Shown: positions 21,361 to 44,286, counted from the stretch's first letter. The stretch is 64,000 bases of DNA from Tubulanus polymorphus (GCF_964204645.1 NC_134029.1:22748950-22812949), one strand, 5' to 3'. Translations and numbers: made by a program. Notes: generated by a model not told the origin, from the letters alone.

Positions 21361-24349
21361 TTACTTTGATCCTGCTACTGGCTTGCTCCGACTAACTATC
21401 GATGAAAACCTTGGCCGGTCAGACAGAGGAGCTTTTGATGACATTCTATCTTTCGCCGCAAGATTAGGGTTACTGATAAAAAAACAAGACAGATATTTCA
21501 AAGTTAAAATCAGTCCATCATTTACAGTAGTATCTCAGTGAATTAGTCGAATATCTGATGAGAAATATACATACGCCAATAAGACATCAATGTTTGCCTG
21601 GGTCTCTTTAGTTTTCTTATGATTACTACCATACATCATGGTTTGAATAGAGAGACACTGGAAAGAATTTAAGATGACAATGATTTCAGAGTTAAATATA
21701 CGAGGCAGGTTTCGATTCAAGGAATTCCTGTTTAGGAATACTGATTCCGTATCACAAACTCTCTACCATAAAGAGATATTAGGTTTACAGATTACGCTAT
21801 GCCAGAATAAGTAAGAGCATATTCTGGTTGAAACTAACACGCTGGATGAGAAATCCAGAATCTGTAGAGACCAATCAAAACCTGCCATAATGACGTACGT
21901 GTACTTATTTGACTCCTTACAATTATTCATCATTACCTTCCTGAAAGCCTTTAAAGCTAGTTCCATATTTCCGTTCGAAAGATGAATGGACGCGATTAGT
22001 TTATTTGTATCGGCAGTCTCGTCTGAAAATTCTCCAAATACTTCTTGTTTTGCTGGTATAGTCGATTTCAACAATGATATCGAATCCTAAAGAAACAAGC
22101 ATCGTCATCATTACTGGAGCATTTTCCATATCAATTCACCTTTAACGAAAAATCTCTTAAAATATTACCGTTTTTCTATCCGTCCTGATCATAAGTTTTG
22201 CCAGTTCATCGTGAATTCCAATTGTTTTTTCGTGATTCGGTCCGTAATGCAGTTGATACATAGCCAAACATTCGTTCAAATAACTTTCAGCAGAGGCTGT
22301 AACACAATGTTTAAAAACCTCAGGCTAGAGCCAGTTTTATAGACAGTATTGGGTCTAACTAAATCATTGTCAATTGAGTTAAAATATTTAACAGGGTGAG
22401 ATTAACACCCTTCTATAAAATAGGTTTCATATGGGAATCAGTGAAGAACTCATTATATCTTAATACTAACCTTCTCCATGGGGATCAGCTGTGTTCGAAT
22501 AAGCCGATGCTAAGGCTTTAGCTGTTGATGCTAGTTCTACACTATTAGTCTTGTAACTGTAATAAATAAACGCATATGGAATAAGACTTGAACATTGAAG
22601 AAAGTACGGGTAACTCTATGGTTGTACTTACTGAGCAGACGCAATTGAATGACCTTGTAGATACATTTCAATCGCATGTTCCTGGTTGGCATGTTTTCCT
22701 TTAGATTGTTCTACGTAAAAATATGTGTTAAAGAAAACCAAGAGAGTCGCCGTCATTAAAAGTGTAAATTTATCAAATCTATAGATAAAAGGATATTTGT
22801 CCCATTCCTTGGTAAATCGGTATCAGATCGAGACTATCGGCTCCTTTAGATTTAGTGATTAAATCTTTCGCGTGTTCGTAGTAAGTCATAGCTCCAGCTT
22901 GTTTCTGCTGTCGCAAATTCACTCTAAATGGAAAAATGGAATATGGCAGATGTTACATGATGATCAGTCATGTTTACCGGCGTCTGTAAATTTCGAGAAT
23001 GAAACAAACTTTGCTAGAGCGATGGCAATTTTGATATCCCACACGCGAGAATCTTCAACTGAGACAGATGGAGATTTTAATCTTTGTTTGGAGATTGAAT
23101 CGGCTTTCAGGAATGCTTGTTCGGCTTCATTTTGCGTACAGAGAAATAAAATTAAGGATACTGACATCTAATAACTATAATCTGGATGAGTCTAATGTTA
23201 CTCAGTCGATGGAAAGTTTTCAACCGATTAAAAGGATATTTTTTCAACACCGAACAAGATCGTCCCATTGTGTAATATATGTCCATAAAAGTCGATAACA
23301 TGGCAGCTTTATCAGAATCCGATTGTGATGTATGCAGACCTGACATCATTATATTCTTGGCTGTCTCAGCGTGTTGGTATGCCTGTGGGGCATAACCTAA
23401 GATAAAGAAATGTTTATAGAGTAAAATAAGGCAGGATTACCGGGTATCTGGTATGACGGGTAATGCCGGAACAAGGCAAGCATCGGACCGACCACAGATA
23501 GATTTCCAAGCTGGGGTCCCCCGCAGAAATTCATTTTAAAAATTCTATGAATTCTGACTGCTTCTAGATTCGGTATCCTCTCACTAGTCACTAGTGTACT
23601 ACAGTCACGCGTGCAACAAGACGTATCTGTCAGTTTACGGCTGAAGGTCGAAAGTATAATCAATTTTTGCCCCAGTGGTTCCGACACCCCTGTACGAGGA
23701 GGAAAGGACTTTTCCATAACGGTGCAAACCTTTCAAATCAAAGTATCCTTGCGCTAAATTGCTGTAAGCCTGAGCATGTTTCCAATGTTTATCACCGTAC
23801 ACAATACGTGTTAGCGCTACGCATCGAGTTAACTGACGAATTGCTTCATCATTCTGAAATAAAGCGACAACAATATAAAAATAGTCCAGATCACATTCAT
23901 CAAAACTGTCAAGTTTCTTTCTTTTTTTTCTATTTACCTTTTCATTGTTTGTCAACTCTTTAACATCTCTTTCTGCTAATTTCAGTAGTTTTTCTGGTGG
24001 TGTCATGTCGATATGCCGCAGGCCGTTTCTCTTCTTCTTCTTTTTAGTCGTTTTAATTTTTTTCTTAGTTTTCGGGGCTCGATTCTCCTCATCGCTGATC
24101 TCGTTGTTTTCTGAGTTTTCATTTTCATTTAAATCCTCCTCGATTTCATCTTCTTCTTCCTCAAATTCATCAGAGCTGAAATACACGATTTGATTTGTAG
24201 CATTATTATTGGGCACCACTAACTAACAACAACCATTATCATCAAGTTCAAGTTCATATTCTTCCCGGATAGAATCAAACAAATATCATTACTCACTAAT
24301 CACCCCCATATCCTGGGACATCAACTATTGATAAAGCAGGGTCGTCCAT
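21361..24349 (-). CDS. TTC23: Tetratricopeptide repeat protein 23-like, multi-exon
   Basis: AIRQLTRCVALTRIVYGDKHWKHAQAYSNLAQGYFDLKG resembles the TTC23 N-terminal TPR. First exon MDDPALSIVDVPGYGGD splices in phase, and the last exon ends GSK* at 21361. AATAAA lies at ~21212-21222. Confidence 0.82.
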
Positions 24350-24720
24350 CTTCACGGCTTGACAATGGTATCAATAAACTTAACTTTGAATTTGTATTTG
24401 TTGAACGTTCTTCGACACTAACACTCGTTTTTGAGAATAATCGCCTAAAATTTGAGTTTTTATTTAGTACCAATAATTATGCAAGTGCCGGCACTTATAC
24501 TAAAGCATACGAAATTACAACCATTATAGCTAAGGAAAAGAGGTAAAAAGAAACAATATTTACCAAGCTGACAAGTCGTAACTAGGAAGTAACTTGTTGG
24601 GGAATTCCACACTTTACTTCCGGGTTCCGGTGCCTTATTAAACCTTGGTGCCCTATTGAACCTTGGAGTGTCAAATGATTACCCCAAGATTGAACTGACT
24701 TTTTACGAGATTCGCCAACT
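24350..24720. promoter_or_regulatory. Bidirectional promoter region of TTC23/MAT2B with ETS-type sites
   Basis: The genes are head-to-head. GGAAGT at 24585, ACTTCCGG at 24616 and TTCCGG at 24625. Confidence 0.5.
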
Positions 24721-25088
24721 GCATAAGAACATTTGATTTACCGGTCTGCTTTATTCATTTAATTCATTGTTTTAATGTTTAATCTTAGGCCTAACTTTAG
24801 GGATGTCATTGTAAAATCTGTTTTTAACTCCGGTGTCGACATAGAGGGGTTCATTTTTCAGTATCCTGCTGCTGTCTGGTGACAGCTGGTGTAGAACATA
24901 AATAGATCATTATAATTCAATATTGATTCTCTATGTACTAGGGTACAAGTACTGTCTGCTGTGTAAGGTCTCTTGTTCTGGTCTATTGGCATTTATAACA
25001 GTAGGCCTAACGGCTAAAATAAATGGTTTGTGAAATTTTCTTACACCCTTTTTTAACTTGCAGCTTTCGGACTATTCATTGATCAAGA

Positions 25089-26304
25089 ATGGCAACAAAA
25101 AAAGTTCTCATCACTGGAGCGTCAGGACTGCTAGGACGGGCACTATTTGAAGTTTTTTCGGCTTGTCCTCAATGGGAGGTGCTGGGATTAGCATTTCGAC
25201 GAACGAAAGGAAATTTGAGAAAAGTTGATCTCACTGATCGCGATGAAGTATCATCGGTCATAAATAGCTTTAAGGTAATCAACGTTTCTTGAAAACCCGA
25301 GTAAATTTTAAATTCATAAACTGAATTTGAATCTTTATATTTGTAGCCAGACATCGTGATACACAGCGCGGCTGAGCGAAATGTTGATAAGATTGAAAAT
25401 GAGCCCGTCGGAACAAAGGCATTGAACATTACAGCAACTCAAGTTATATGTGAAGAATCCAGTAAGTAAATAGCAACATTGTCATCGCAGAATTTGTTGA
25501 ATTCAGTTAACTCGAATCCATCTGAATCTTTTAGAAAAGATTGGTGCTTGGGTACTGTTTATCAGTTCGGTCTACGTATTCGATGGAAAAAACCCTCCGT
25601 ACAGCATCGACGCTGAATGTAATCCTTTGAATAGTTACGGTTTGTCTAAACGCGAAGGAGAGATAATTACCTTAGGCGTAGATCCAAGTAAGCACTTCTT
25701 TTCATCTCTCAGCTAAACGAAGAATTTGGTTCAATTTTTGCATTAAAGCTAACTTTTTCGTATTTCCAGACAACGGCGTGTTGCGCATACCACTTTTATT
25801 CAATAAAGTCGAGTATTTGGGCGAGAGCTCGTTGACAGTTTTATTTGAAAAAGTGAAGGATACGTCAAAACAATGCGTAATGTCTTCCTATGAGCAGCGT
25901 TTTCCTATACACTGCAAGGATATCGCTATGACTTGTAAACAAATAGTAGAACGCCAGCTTCAGGTATGAGCAGCTCCTTAATTCCTACCTCTGTAAACTA
26001 GTGATTCAGCTCTTCACAAATTTTTCGTTTGAAATCTCTAACATTTCAGAACAAAGATATGTGCGGTTATTTCCACTGGAACGGCAACGAACAAGTGACA
26101 AAATACGATATTGCGATAATGATGGCGGAGATTTTTGGAATTTCAACCGATCACATTCAAGCTAACCCAATTCCTTCCACCAGTGCTTCACGTCCTCATA
26201 AACCCTGTGTAGACTGCAGCCGTTTACAAGCTATGAATATCGGTGTTAGAACTCCGTTAAGGGAAGGTATTAAAGAAGTATTGGAACCTTGGATGGATAA
26301 GTGA
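25089..26304 (+). CDS. MAT2B: Methionine adenosyltransferase 2 subunit beta (RmlD-like SDR fold), 5 coding exons
   Basis: MATKKVLITGASGLLGRAL (Rossmann fold), PDIVIHSAAER, FISSVYVFDGKNPPY, PLNSYGLSK (YxxxK), LRIPLLF, HWNGNEQVTKY. Confidence 0.9.
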
Positions 26305-26850
26305 TCCCAGTCTTTCCCTTGAGTTTGCTCCGATTTGATGGAACTTTAGATGAGATTTATGTTGAAATGTATCAAATCACTGGTTATTAAGCGTGATGCA
26401 TTCACAATGATGCTTTAAGCATATAAAAATTGATGTTGTGGGACAAGGTCTTGGTTAATGAAAATGTTTGAGCTTAAATCAGTCAAGTTTGAATTGTGGT
26501 CAAATAGCCGTTTAACCAAAAATTTGAGGTAAAGTGTTTCATGAAATTGGACCCTTTATTTGAAATTACAATCTATCCACACTAGTGATCCCTTTTCTGC
26601 TGTTTGTCACGTGCCATGATGCCTACTGCATAATCCATAACAAAAAGTGAAAATGCGCTAATTTTTAATCTATGAAATAAATCTATTTCTTGATATTTCA
26701 ATGACTTAGTTAACTCATTTATTTACATCAATTTAATCATTTCATTCAACTATACACATCCGGATAACTGTACACAAATATTCGATCGGTCCATATATCT
26801 CCGCAGTGAATTGTGTTCTTGTGTCAAGTCGAAGCTCTGTAATCTCCTGA

Positions 26851-29800
26851 TTACTCTTTTACAGATTTAACAATTCCATTACCGAGAATTATAAAGTCAT
26901 TCAATATCGCTTTTTTGTTAGGAACCGACATTTCCTTTTCGACACTCCTTAACAGGTCGATTCTACTGTAATTTGCCTTTTGAATCTGAGAGAAAAAGAG
27001 TAGAGAGGGCTTGTAAAACGTAATGTAAGCTCATGACAAAACACTGCAAATGAATACGGCTTACACTTACTTTAAATGGAGTTGGTTCAAATACATTTGG
27101 CTTCCACAAAACGGCAATTGTGTCGCCACCATATTTATCATAGAAGAACAAGGCGATATCTCCAAATGATTCCTGGAAAATTGATGGAAAACTTGCTTAA
27201 AAATCGATTATGTTGAAAGGTTTTAGAAAGTTCGGAGATTTTAGACTTACTTCAAGAGTCCTGATATAATATTCAACTGGGTCAAAATCTGTGACTGGAA
27301 ACTGAAACTTTTCGGTCCATTCATTTAAAAATTTCGGTAGACGGTACATTTGTGAGTGGTTTTTTGCTTCGAACGATTGAAAACCTCTGGTTAGACTTTG
27401 GGGTTGAAGTTTTATGAGCAGATTGTATTGTTCTAGAGGTGGTCTGAAAATAGCCTGAATGAAAAAAACAACCACTATCAATTCACAACATCCTTGAAAC
27501 TTACTTTTAAACATTAAACACTATTTGAGAGTAGTTTCAACTCTTTTTAACTCAATCACTCCCAAATATATCAAAATATTCTCAAAATCAGAATATTTCA
27601 TTTTAACTAGGGTACTATTTTTGATGTAAAATCGATCTAAACATTGCCGAAAACGACTACAGATGGAGATATCAGGTAGTCTGATCAGAATCAGAACATT
27701 TTCAATCAATACTGACCTTTAAATTGGCAGGTGAAATCATCGCGGTTGTCTGTAGTTGAGACTCGAGTAAATTCAACGATTCTCGTGCGATAACTGTGAG
27801 CAGATTCAGCACAAGAGCAGACGGACAATCCTTCGTCCACAACGACGTGAATTTATCGAACGGAGTCGATAGAAACATCAGCGGTAATTTCGCTCGATTC
27901 TTCGTAAAGGTTGATTGTATCTCGTTATAATCTTCCTCTGAAATAAAACGAAAACAATCGATACGAGCTCGAAATTGTGTTGATTTTCCGTAATGTGCGT
28001 TACTGAATATTTACTTGTAAGTTCTGAGTTGATGTTGATAATCAAAGGGGTCGCATTCCAATCGTGAGTTGAAAGCAAGTATAGGAACCGCAGAAAAACA
28101 GCCAACGGTGAACTGAAAATAGTGAGCAAGATTGTTTAATCCAAGCGCATTTCGTACATTGATTTAGATAAAACTGAACATTGTCCAATACTTACTTCGA
28201 TACTTGAAATGGAGCTGGATCTACGAACAAACTGGCAACTAACAGATCTATAGCTTCATCTGGTATTTTATTCGATAACAACTGTGCATTAATCCATCGT
28301 TTAGCGAAACACGTGGCAGCACCGAAACTACTATATTTCTGTTGTAACCTGTAATAATATATATACATTCTTTGCATTAGCTGAATTATAGTTACAACTT
28401 GGCTTCGAACATGAAAATAATGAATGTTAATTCACTTTACCCGTGCAAGGCACTCGTTAATTTAGGTAATTTCACTATATCAGTTTCTAACTTCAACGAT
28501 TCGTCCGTATCCAGAGTTTTAACCATTCCTTCCGGAGTCGTAACTGTACGAAGCACTGATATCTCCATCACGTAACCGACTATAATCCTGAATACATATC
28601 CATCCTGAAAATAATACAATATCAACCATGAAAAATGCACATTTAAAGAGGTCAGAGGGCGAGAAAAAGGGAAACGAAACAACCTCACCTTTAGAACATC
28701 TACATATTCTGGATTTATGCGCGTTTTTAATGAACATTGTTCATCTAAAAGTTGCCCAATCTTTATGTGAAATGCAGCTTTCATTCTACGAATGGCCTCC
28801 TTGTCGTCTGGCCACTTACCACTACCCTCTAATGTGCACACCACTGGAATACATTACAAGATGCAATATTCACGTTCCATAGGGATAAACTGAAGGGCTG
28901 CCAACCTCCCAAAAGTGCTATCAGTAACAAATTGAACTTTTTTCAGTAACATTTCATAGAGATATGAAAGAAATTGTTCAATCAATCAGTAATTAACAAT
29001 AAACCCTCAGTAACAGTTTTCATTTTTCTGTAAGTATCATAGCAAAACAATATTTCTTGTTATTGTTATAGAATAGTAACAAATACTGAAAATCACGGAC
29101 AGTTGTGTGACAGCTCTGATTATTGTGTAGCAGTCAACAGGAATCTTGCTGTCTGAACAACATACCTTTAAAAGTTGGCATCATCGGGGAATGGGGTCCT
29201 GATTCTTGCACCATTCTCACAGGTGGAAATACCTAAAGACACAGAAGGTAACAACATCGCCATCAAAACAATATACCTGACTAGAAATGATAAATAAACG
29301 AATAATCATCGAAATTGATGTACCTCAGTGAACCTGAAGACCGGTGATGTGCCTTGAATTGAGTTGATCGTTAGGGGCAAGTCTTCTAGCTGTCGAAGTT
29401 GTTTACACAGACTATCATAAACTTTGATCAAGTCAATTGTCTGCTCTTCGCCAGTGCCGTACTTAATCGAATACCTTTCATCCGATGTTGGTTTCAGAAT
29501 ATCATCTAACTGATCACAAATAAACTGGATTTTCTTAGTTTCGAGTCCGACATGCCTGAAAATGGAAATATTACACGTAGGAAAAGACTTGATAACTTTT
29601 TGAACTAATTCTCTTCAGAGAAACTTACAGATGGATGATATATTCAACGATTCTTTTTACCACAGTTCGTCTTTCAGCGATAGTCTTACTCGGCCAAACG
29701 ACCGCCTCACAAATACTGCTGTCTTGAAAGCGACGTAAATCTGACTTTTCGCCCCAAAATGCCCTGAATTCTGCAGCCTGTTCAAACAATAATAAATTAG

Positions 29801-32800
29801 TTATGACGTTAATGCTCTGAGAATTCAGCCATGTGAAATGTATAGATCACCTCATCAGTATCAGCGCCAGGTCCTCGGTCTAACACGCTGTAGCAATGAT
29901 CTTTATCGAGCAGTAACCCGATTGTTAGATCCTTTCTTACTTTGGCACCGATAGGTTTCATAGCTTCATAGAGATCCCACTGAAAAATTTCATATCAATT
30001 TCATAATTGAAAAATTTCTTTAACGAAAGCCAGAAGAAAGGATATTTCTAATGAATTCGTAACTTCACCTCTTTGATGGGCTGTAGCTGACATTGTATGA
30101 GTTTCACTCTGTCTCCTAAAGCCTTTTTCAGCAAGTCAATAATTGCCGGAGTCATCGCTAGTTCCATATCACTGCCATTGTCGAACATTTTACTTTGAAC
30201 ATTGAGTTTGTGTAAATACATCTTCTTTTGGAAATGTGACAATCTACGGAAAATGAGCATTCAAGTTATAAAACAGGTGCAGAATAATCTATACTTGCAA
30301 CTGAATTCACCCGATACTTACTTCACTATGTTGTCGAATTTGTGATAAAATGAGACCGGTTTCATAAACAGCGCATCAAATCCGCCGTTCTGTGTCTGGT
30401 TTGATAAATGCATCACCGACAACTCTGCTTCGTGTTTTACCTAGAAAGAAAGAGTTAAAATCATGCTTAATCTTAACACAGAAAATAACGCAAAAATCTA
30501 TCAGTGCAGTTGTTTTTTATTCGATCAAAAATACCCAAATAGCATCACAGAATACATGCGTGTTCCATTAATGCAGAATATTTTTACTTACTCTGTGAAA
30601 TGTACCGATATTCATGTACGCGCAAATGTTCAAATATCCCGAGTTATCGACGAAAGTAATTCGGAAATGATCGGTAAAATCGTTCAATAACGGACACTGT
30701 TGATCTGATCCATCCGCCAGACTAATCGGATGATTTATCCAATCAGCTTCAGCTGTGACAGTAAAGGATGACAATGAAATTAAAGATTGTTTCATGTCAG
30801 TGGTAGAGCAGGATCCAGTTCCACAGTATAGTGAGTTAAGGTTAACTCTGAGTTAAAATCAGTTAATTTTCAGTGAGTAAACTCAAGAGTCAAATCTTAA
30901 CTCACGAATGTGGAACTGGATCCAGTAGATTACCGCTACATACCGAGTTGTAATAATGTATTGCGCATGATCTGATAACTACTCATTTGCCGATTTAATT
31001 TCCGCTTCTTTAACAGGTAACAAACGTACATCGACATGACGAACCCGCTGAAACTACCCTGTCCCTGAAAATCAAACGAAACCCACCATTGCTATAGCAC
31101 GTTTGTTAAATTCATATAAGGATTGAATATTTTTTCTCAAGTGTAACAAACGAACGCTTACGATATCGAGTTCTCGTTGATGTAACCACACTTTCAATAG
31201 AGCGATTCCGTCTCTGATACCGTGAGAATTATCAACTGCATCTTTTATCAATTCTAGATGATTCATATACAACAGATCGACCAATACAGTTGTATTATAG
31301 TACGGAGTTCTCATCTTGTTACCTACAAATATTCAATAGTCATAAATATTAATGATCAGGATCATCAGGCGGATATTTCATCAACAGGTTTCATTACCTA
31401 CCAGTAGTGGTTTTTAGATCGCGATGTTTTTCGAAAGACACCCTATCAACGCTGAATTTGTTTAATTCAAAAATGGCGGGATCTGCTGAAGCGTGGAGAT
31501 GTATTTTAAATTTTCCACTGGCTAAAATAAAGCAGATTTAAATAATAAAGTATTTTATTTTCATTTAGAATATTCAGTAGTACTAATGTAATAGCTCAGA
31601 TCTTAAGTGAGCGAAAGTCACACTATTTCCTTCATAACTTACAAGCAGTTGTTTTAATGACAAGCATTGGTCTTAAAATGTTTCCAAGATGATATGAAAA
31701 TTTCACGCTTGCGATGCTGTTCTTGTATTTATCACTGGTCAACATGCTGGCAATAATTGACAAATAAAAGGCTCGTTTCCACGAATAGAGTTTATCATAG
31801 AAATCACCTTCATTTACCAAACCCTAAAATGAACAAATCGAATTGGTTTTGACTCTTGTCAGCTATAGAAAAGGGTAAAAATAAATCTATCCCCATATTT
31901 TTTATTCACAGATCAAAATCAGACATCCATGGATTGCGAAAGATGAAATGGCATTTGACTCAATCTTAACAGTGTCAGTAACTCAGTGGGTTAATGCTAA
32001 TGCTGTTGCATTCACTGCTGAGTGGGTTCTCCACTCCTCCTAGTCAGTAACCTGTCTGTGGTTTCGTTTCACAATCGGATATTTTCACAAACCACATTCT
32101 AGTTGGTATAAGCCCATCCGTTTATAAAAAGCTTACCACCAACGATTAGGTAACTAACTCCTCCTGGCTGCTTACAGTGGACGGGCAAGACTTGGACCGT
32201 GGTCCCATTTTGTGGTCAAATTTACAATACAATGATGTTAGTCTTGGGAAACCAAGATCCTAATAACATTTAAACATGACCAGTAAACAAATACCTCAGG
32301 AATTTGAACGACCATGTCGACATGGGTGTGCGGTTTGACAACTGTTCCTGTGAGATAACTTCCTATAACTCGCACTTCGTCTGGAGCTGTAAATCTTATC
32401 ATTTTCACAGCTTTCATATTCGGCGGCTTATGATGTATAGGGATAGCAATTCGGCCGTCATTGATCGAAGAATCATCTAACTGAAATATAAACCAGTAAT
32501 TCAGCATTTAGAATGATTCCCGATGGAATTCCAAGCAGAATCTCAGATTATCTCGTAAGCTTACGTCATACTCTTGTTCCGATGACAAGTTCACCAAAAT
32601 ATCCTTCAGTTCGTGTAAGAATTTATCAATTTTAGCATTTTTTTCTTTCATCATCACTTCCTTTAACAGCTCTTTTATCTGAAACATTGAACGACAACGA
32701 TGAATTATCACAGATTGCTGATTTGTATATTTCTGAGACATCGAAGGCTTCACCCGTACCTGCATTCGAAATAAACTCGAATGAAATAAGTTCTCCGTAT

Positions 32801-33164
32801 CTTTCAGTTGATTCAATTCTTCATTCGTCGGAGGTTTGTAGAGAAATCCCTTTGAAAGTTTCGGAGCTTTTGCGGCTGCGTCAGATGAAGGGATACCTCC
32901 GCCCGATGGTTCCATATCTGTGTCGCTCTAGATGACAGTAATATCGTTCAAATAACTCATTCTCATACATCATAACTTACAATCGATGTGATGAAAAAAT
33001 TAATTAATTCATAATTGCATAAGTGGTAAAAGAATGCTTCTTTGACTTTGAATTTTTATGTATTGTATGTCGCTCATATTGTTGTTGTTGTTGGGAAAAT
33101 CTTAGAAATTAAACGTATGTTTGTTTGAAGAAGTCGATCTTACATTTTTTCTTTTATTGGCCAT
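26851..33164 (-). CDS. NOL6: Nucleolar protein 6 (Nrap/Utp22), multi-exon
   Basis: YKPPTNEELNQLKDTENLFHSSLFRMQI, KRAFYL, TPYYNT, LLKVWLHQREL, FRAFWGEKSDLRRFQDSSICEAVVW, LEGSGKWPDD, AKRWINAQLL, FFYDKYGG..IAVLWKP. ATG at 33164; stop at 26851. Confidence 0.93.
30812..30922. mobile_element. Short MITE with G(A/G)(T/C)CCAGTT(C/T)CAC TIRs and a 3-bp TSD (PIF/Harbinger-like), in a NOL6 intron
   Basis: CAG|GATCCAGTTCCACA...TGTGGAACTGGATC|CAG. Related copies lie at 39101-39207 and 57543-57615. Confidence 0.6.
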
Positions 33165-33487
33165 GTTTAATTCTATATCATTTCTGCATCTAGAGATAAC
33201 TAAAATTGGTCACTGGCGGGTTCATTTAGTCGGGAAAAACTCAGAAAATACAGCCTAAAAATACACGTGTGGAACAATAATCGCCGGGAGTGCCGCCTGG
33301 CGGATAGTCAAAGTGCAAAGATTGCGCAATACCAATTCAATTCAATACCGGGAACTAGTAGATGGCAGCACAAGCCGGTAGAGTAAAAAGCCTTCCACAT
33401 TTATCAGCTGTCCCTAATGTTTTGTTAATCAAGTTTTGCTTAAAACTTGGCTGTAATTACGTAAAATAAGCACTGTCACATCAAAAA

Positions 33488-33840
33488 ATGGACGTCAATA
33501 CAGCAAGAAAAATGCGGAAATACTCGACCGCACAGATGCTACGATATCCGCTCGTATTTGGAGGAATAATAGCTACTTTTAGTGGGATGTTTTACTACAG
33601 GTAAGATTTAGTTTGGTCTTTTTTGCTTAAAGCCTAAGCGTAAAGTTTCTTATTTATTCACGTTCTCACAGTAATGATGCCTCTCATTTCGATTTCAGAC
33701 GAACATTCTTTGCAGAAGATATTAAACAAGTTCAATCTAAAAACGCTGAAGAACGAGAACGATCGAAAGATTATATGGATAGATTCGCCGCTACTAATCA
33801 GGAGCTGATAGATAGACAGAGAGCGAATAAAAAGAAATAG
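33488..33840 (+). CDS. Unannotated two-exon 84-aa single-pass membrane microprotein (exons 33488-33600, 33699-33840)
   Basis: AAAAATG start context, AG|GTAAGA donor and TTTCAG acceptor in matching phase 2. Translation is MDVNTARKMRKYSTAQMLRYPLVFGGIIATFSGMFYYRRTFFAEDIKQVQSKNAEERERSKDYMDRFAATNQELIDRQRANKKK. AATAAA lies at 33994, and the gene is head-to-head with NOL6. Confidence 0.7.
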
Positions 33841-34546
33841 CAATGAACTTTCGTATATTGTTGTGCTAGCGATCGAAGTCCACATTGTGCTCAGTATTTG
33901 GAAAGAAATTTTTTAATAGCTAGTCTTTCCAGTGACTTAGAATTGGGATGTTATAATATAAATGTACATGCATAGGTACTGTGATTTTGTTTAAATAAAA
34001 AAAAAGAAATTGAAAATTCATTGATGTTAATTTTCCATATTTCGTGTTTGAAACTCTAGGATGATTTTTCGGTTGAGGTTCTCAGAAGCATAGATGAGTG
34101 TGATGCTTCTCTGTTTGCCGTGTTCTTGCTTGATCCAATGCGACGGTTGAATGCAACGTTTTTCGGATGAAATCAAATCGATAATAATTCGTTTCAACGA
34201 ATAAGTTATCATTTTATTATCGTTATAATCAACAACAAATAAGTTACAGATTATTATCACATATCTATATAATCTAACTCGCAAATTATAATAATCAAAA
34301 TAGACCTGAACGAATTGATACTTAACAGCAGTTCTTAACGCACTTTTATGCCTTAATCGTTAATCACAAGTATCTACGTCCGATTCGCTTCAGTTTCGCC
34401 GATAGTCTAAATCATCACCCCTTTACCCACAACAGCATGACTTCCATATACTATGGCGCGCACGAGTGTCTCAGAAAAAGTGTTACCGAAGCTAAGATAA
34501 GTTATCCGTTAACCCCAGTGAAGTTTATTACTTGTTGCTTATTCCG

Positions 34547-34672
34547 TTACTTATTGAGAATTCATCTCCCAATAAGGAACAAGTTACTTGTTATTGGGAG
34601 TTGAATTCTCAATAAGTAAAGACGAAAATCTGAATAAGGAACAAGTTACTTGTTCCTTATTGGGAGATGAAT
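34547..34672. repeat. Cluster of nested palindromes, probably a MITE relic
   Basis: TTACTTATTGAGAATTCA...TGAATTCTCAATAAGTAA, plus a second hairpin AATAAGGAACAAGT-T-ACTTGTTCCTTATT. Confidence 0.6.
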
Positions 34673-36234
34673 GTAACTATACCTTTAATTAATTTTTTCT
34701 AGGGGGGGGGGGTGTCGTGGGCCTGGATGTTTGCTTGGGAATAAAATGTTAAAATGCAATGATTCGCCACGCATGGCTGAGCACTAGCGTGTTTTCCAAT
34801 GGTCATATAATCAAAAACAAGAAATAAAGGATTGTTCCATTCTGAACATTTATTGATAAATGACCAGCTGCTGTTCGAGATACGACGATAAAATCAACTG
34901 AGACAGATTTATCCTTAATAAAAATTATTGGCCCTCTTACTTAGTCACGCTGCTCGAGAACTTGTGCTCGTGACCTCATTTACCTCACAGAATGTTGACA
35001 CATCAGATTACAGTATTTCTCAAAATCTGTTACTTTCCGAACACTAAAGTCCTTGATTCGTATTAATGGTGTTTTGAAAACCTTCGATTTTACAATTCCC
35101 ACTGGAAAATATCACAAGCAGTGAAATCGGGTGATTTATTGTTTCCAAATCGACGTCTCAACTGGTCATTCAACAATAACGAACACAATGGAGAAATCGT
35201 TATTTCATATGTTTTTTTTTCGAGAATCCATTTTCATGGCCATTCAAAATCACGGTAGCGCTCACCCGAGCACGGCTTATCGCTGCATTTCAACATTTCA
35301 TTCTTGAGCAAACGTCCAGGTCAACTAACCCCCCAAAAAATTAATTACATTACAATTAAAGTTAGTGAATAATTAATTTCAAAACTTAGTAACATATTTT
35401 CTGGGACACCCTGTATATACTGTAAAATTGAAACTAATGAACCAATCAAGGTTTCATATTGTACTTGTCAAAGTTACATATTTTCACAAGTAGAAAATAA
35501 AAATCAAATTTACCCGTCAAAACATTTGACGCGTCAATTCTAATCGTGGATTTCTAAGCTGGATCGCTATATAAACTGCACGCTTACTTGCTTTCTGAAA
35601 TAAGGAAAATGCCGTGTTAACATGACAGTTTGACTTGTTACTGGCAAATATGAAGTTCCTCTAATCCTGTTCATCTACGATAGCGATTTGATGAAACAAA
35701 TATATAAATATTTAGTCTTGATAGTACATGTATATCCGCAATGGGATTTGATGCGCGAACATCATGATGTTTCGACGAGCATATTTCTGTAGAGATTCGA
35801 CGGGTGAATTAAGAACTTTGACGGGTAGAATATGAAACTTTGACGGATAAATTCGATATTTCATTTTGACAGTATATCCATGCCATAAAAAACCTGCGTT
35901 GAGAAAAATTCAATAGTGTCAATATCAATAAAAACTCTAGACTAAAGTCTAGAAAAAGTTGGCTACGTAGAAAAATCTTGATATGCGTAACACAGCGACT
36001 GAAATCCGTTAGCATTATTTACGTCTTTCATTTGAAATAGTATCAATACATTTAATCTTGATTATAACATGTTGTTGAGATCGACTGCTTAAACCAGCGG
36101 CACCTAGAGAATCATGTCGATATCTAGGACCTATCACACTCGTTAGTTAGACCTTGGAGAAGCAGAATCTCCAAGCTTACACTCTCCTTTACACGTAAGA
36201 ACCTCCACGGTCTGTAAGCGTTGACTAGTTTATT

Positions 36235-44286
<8,052 letters not shown>

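Noticed and set aside
33290-33372. CTCF-like motifs (CTAGTAGATGGCAGCAC; GTGCCGCCTGGCGG) in the NOL6/microprotein promoter
   Set aside because: Plausible but ordinary, and not testable from sequence without a motif scan or ChIP.
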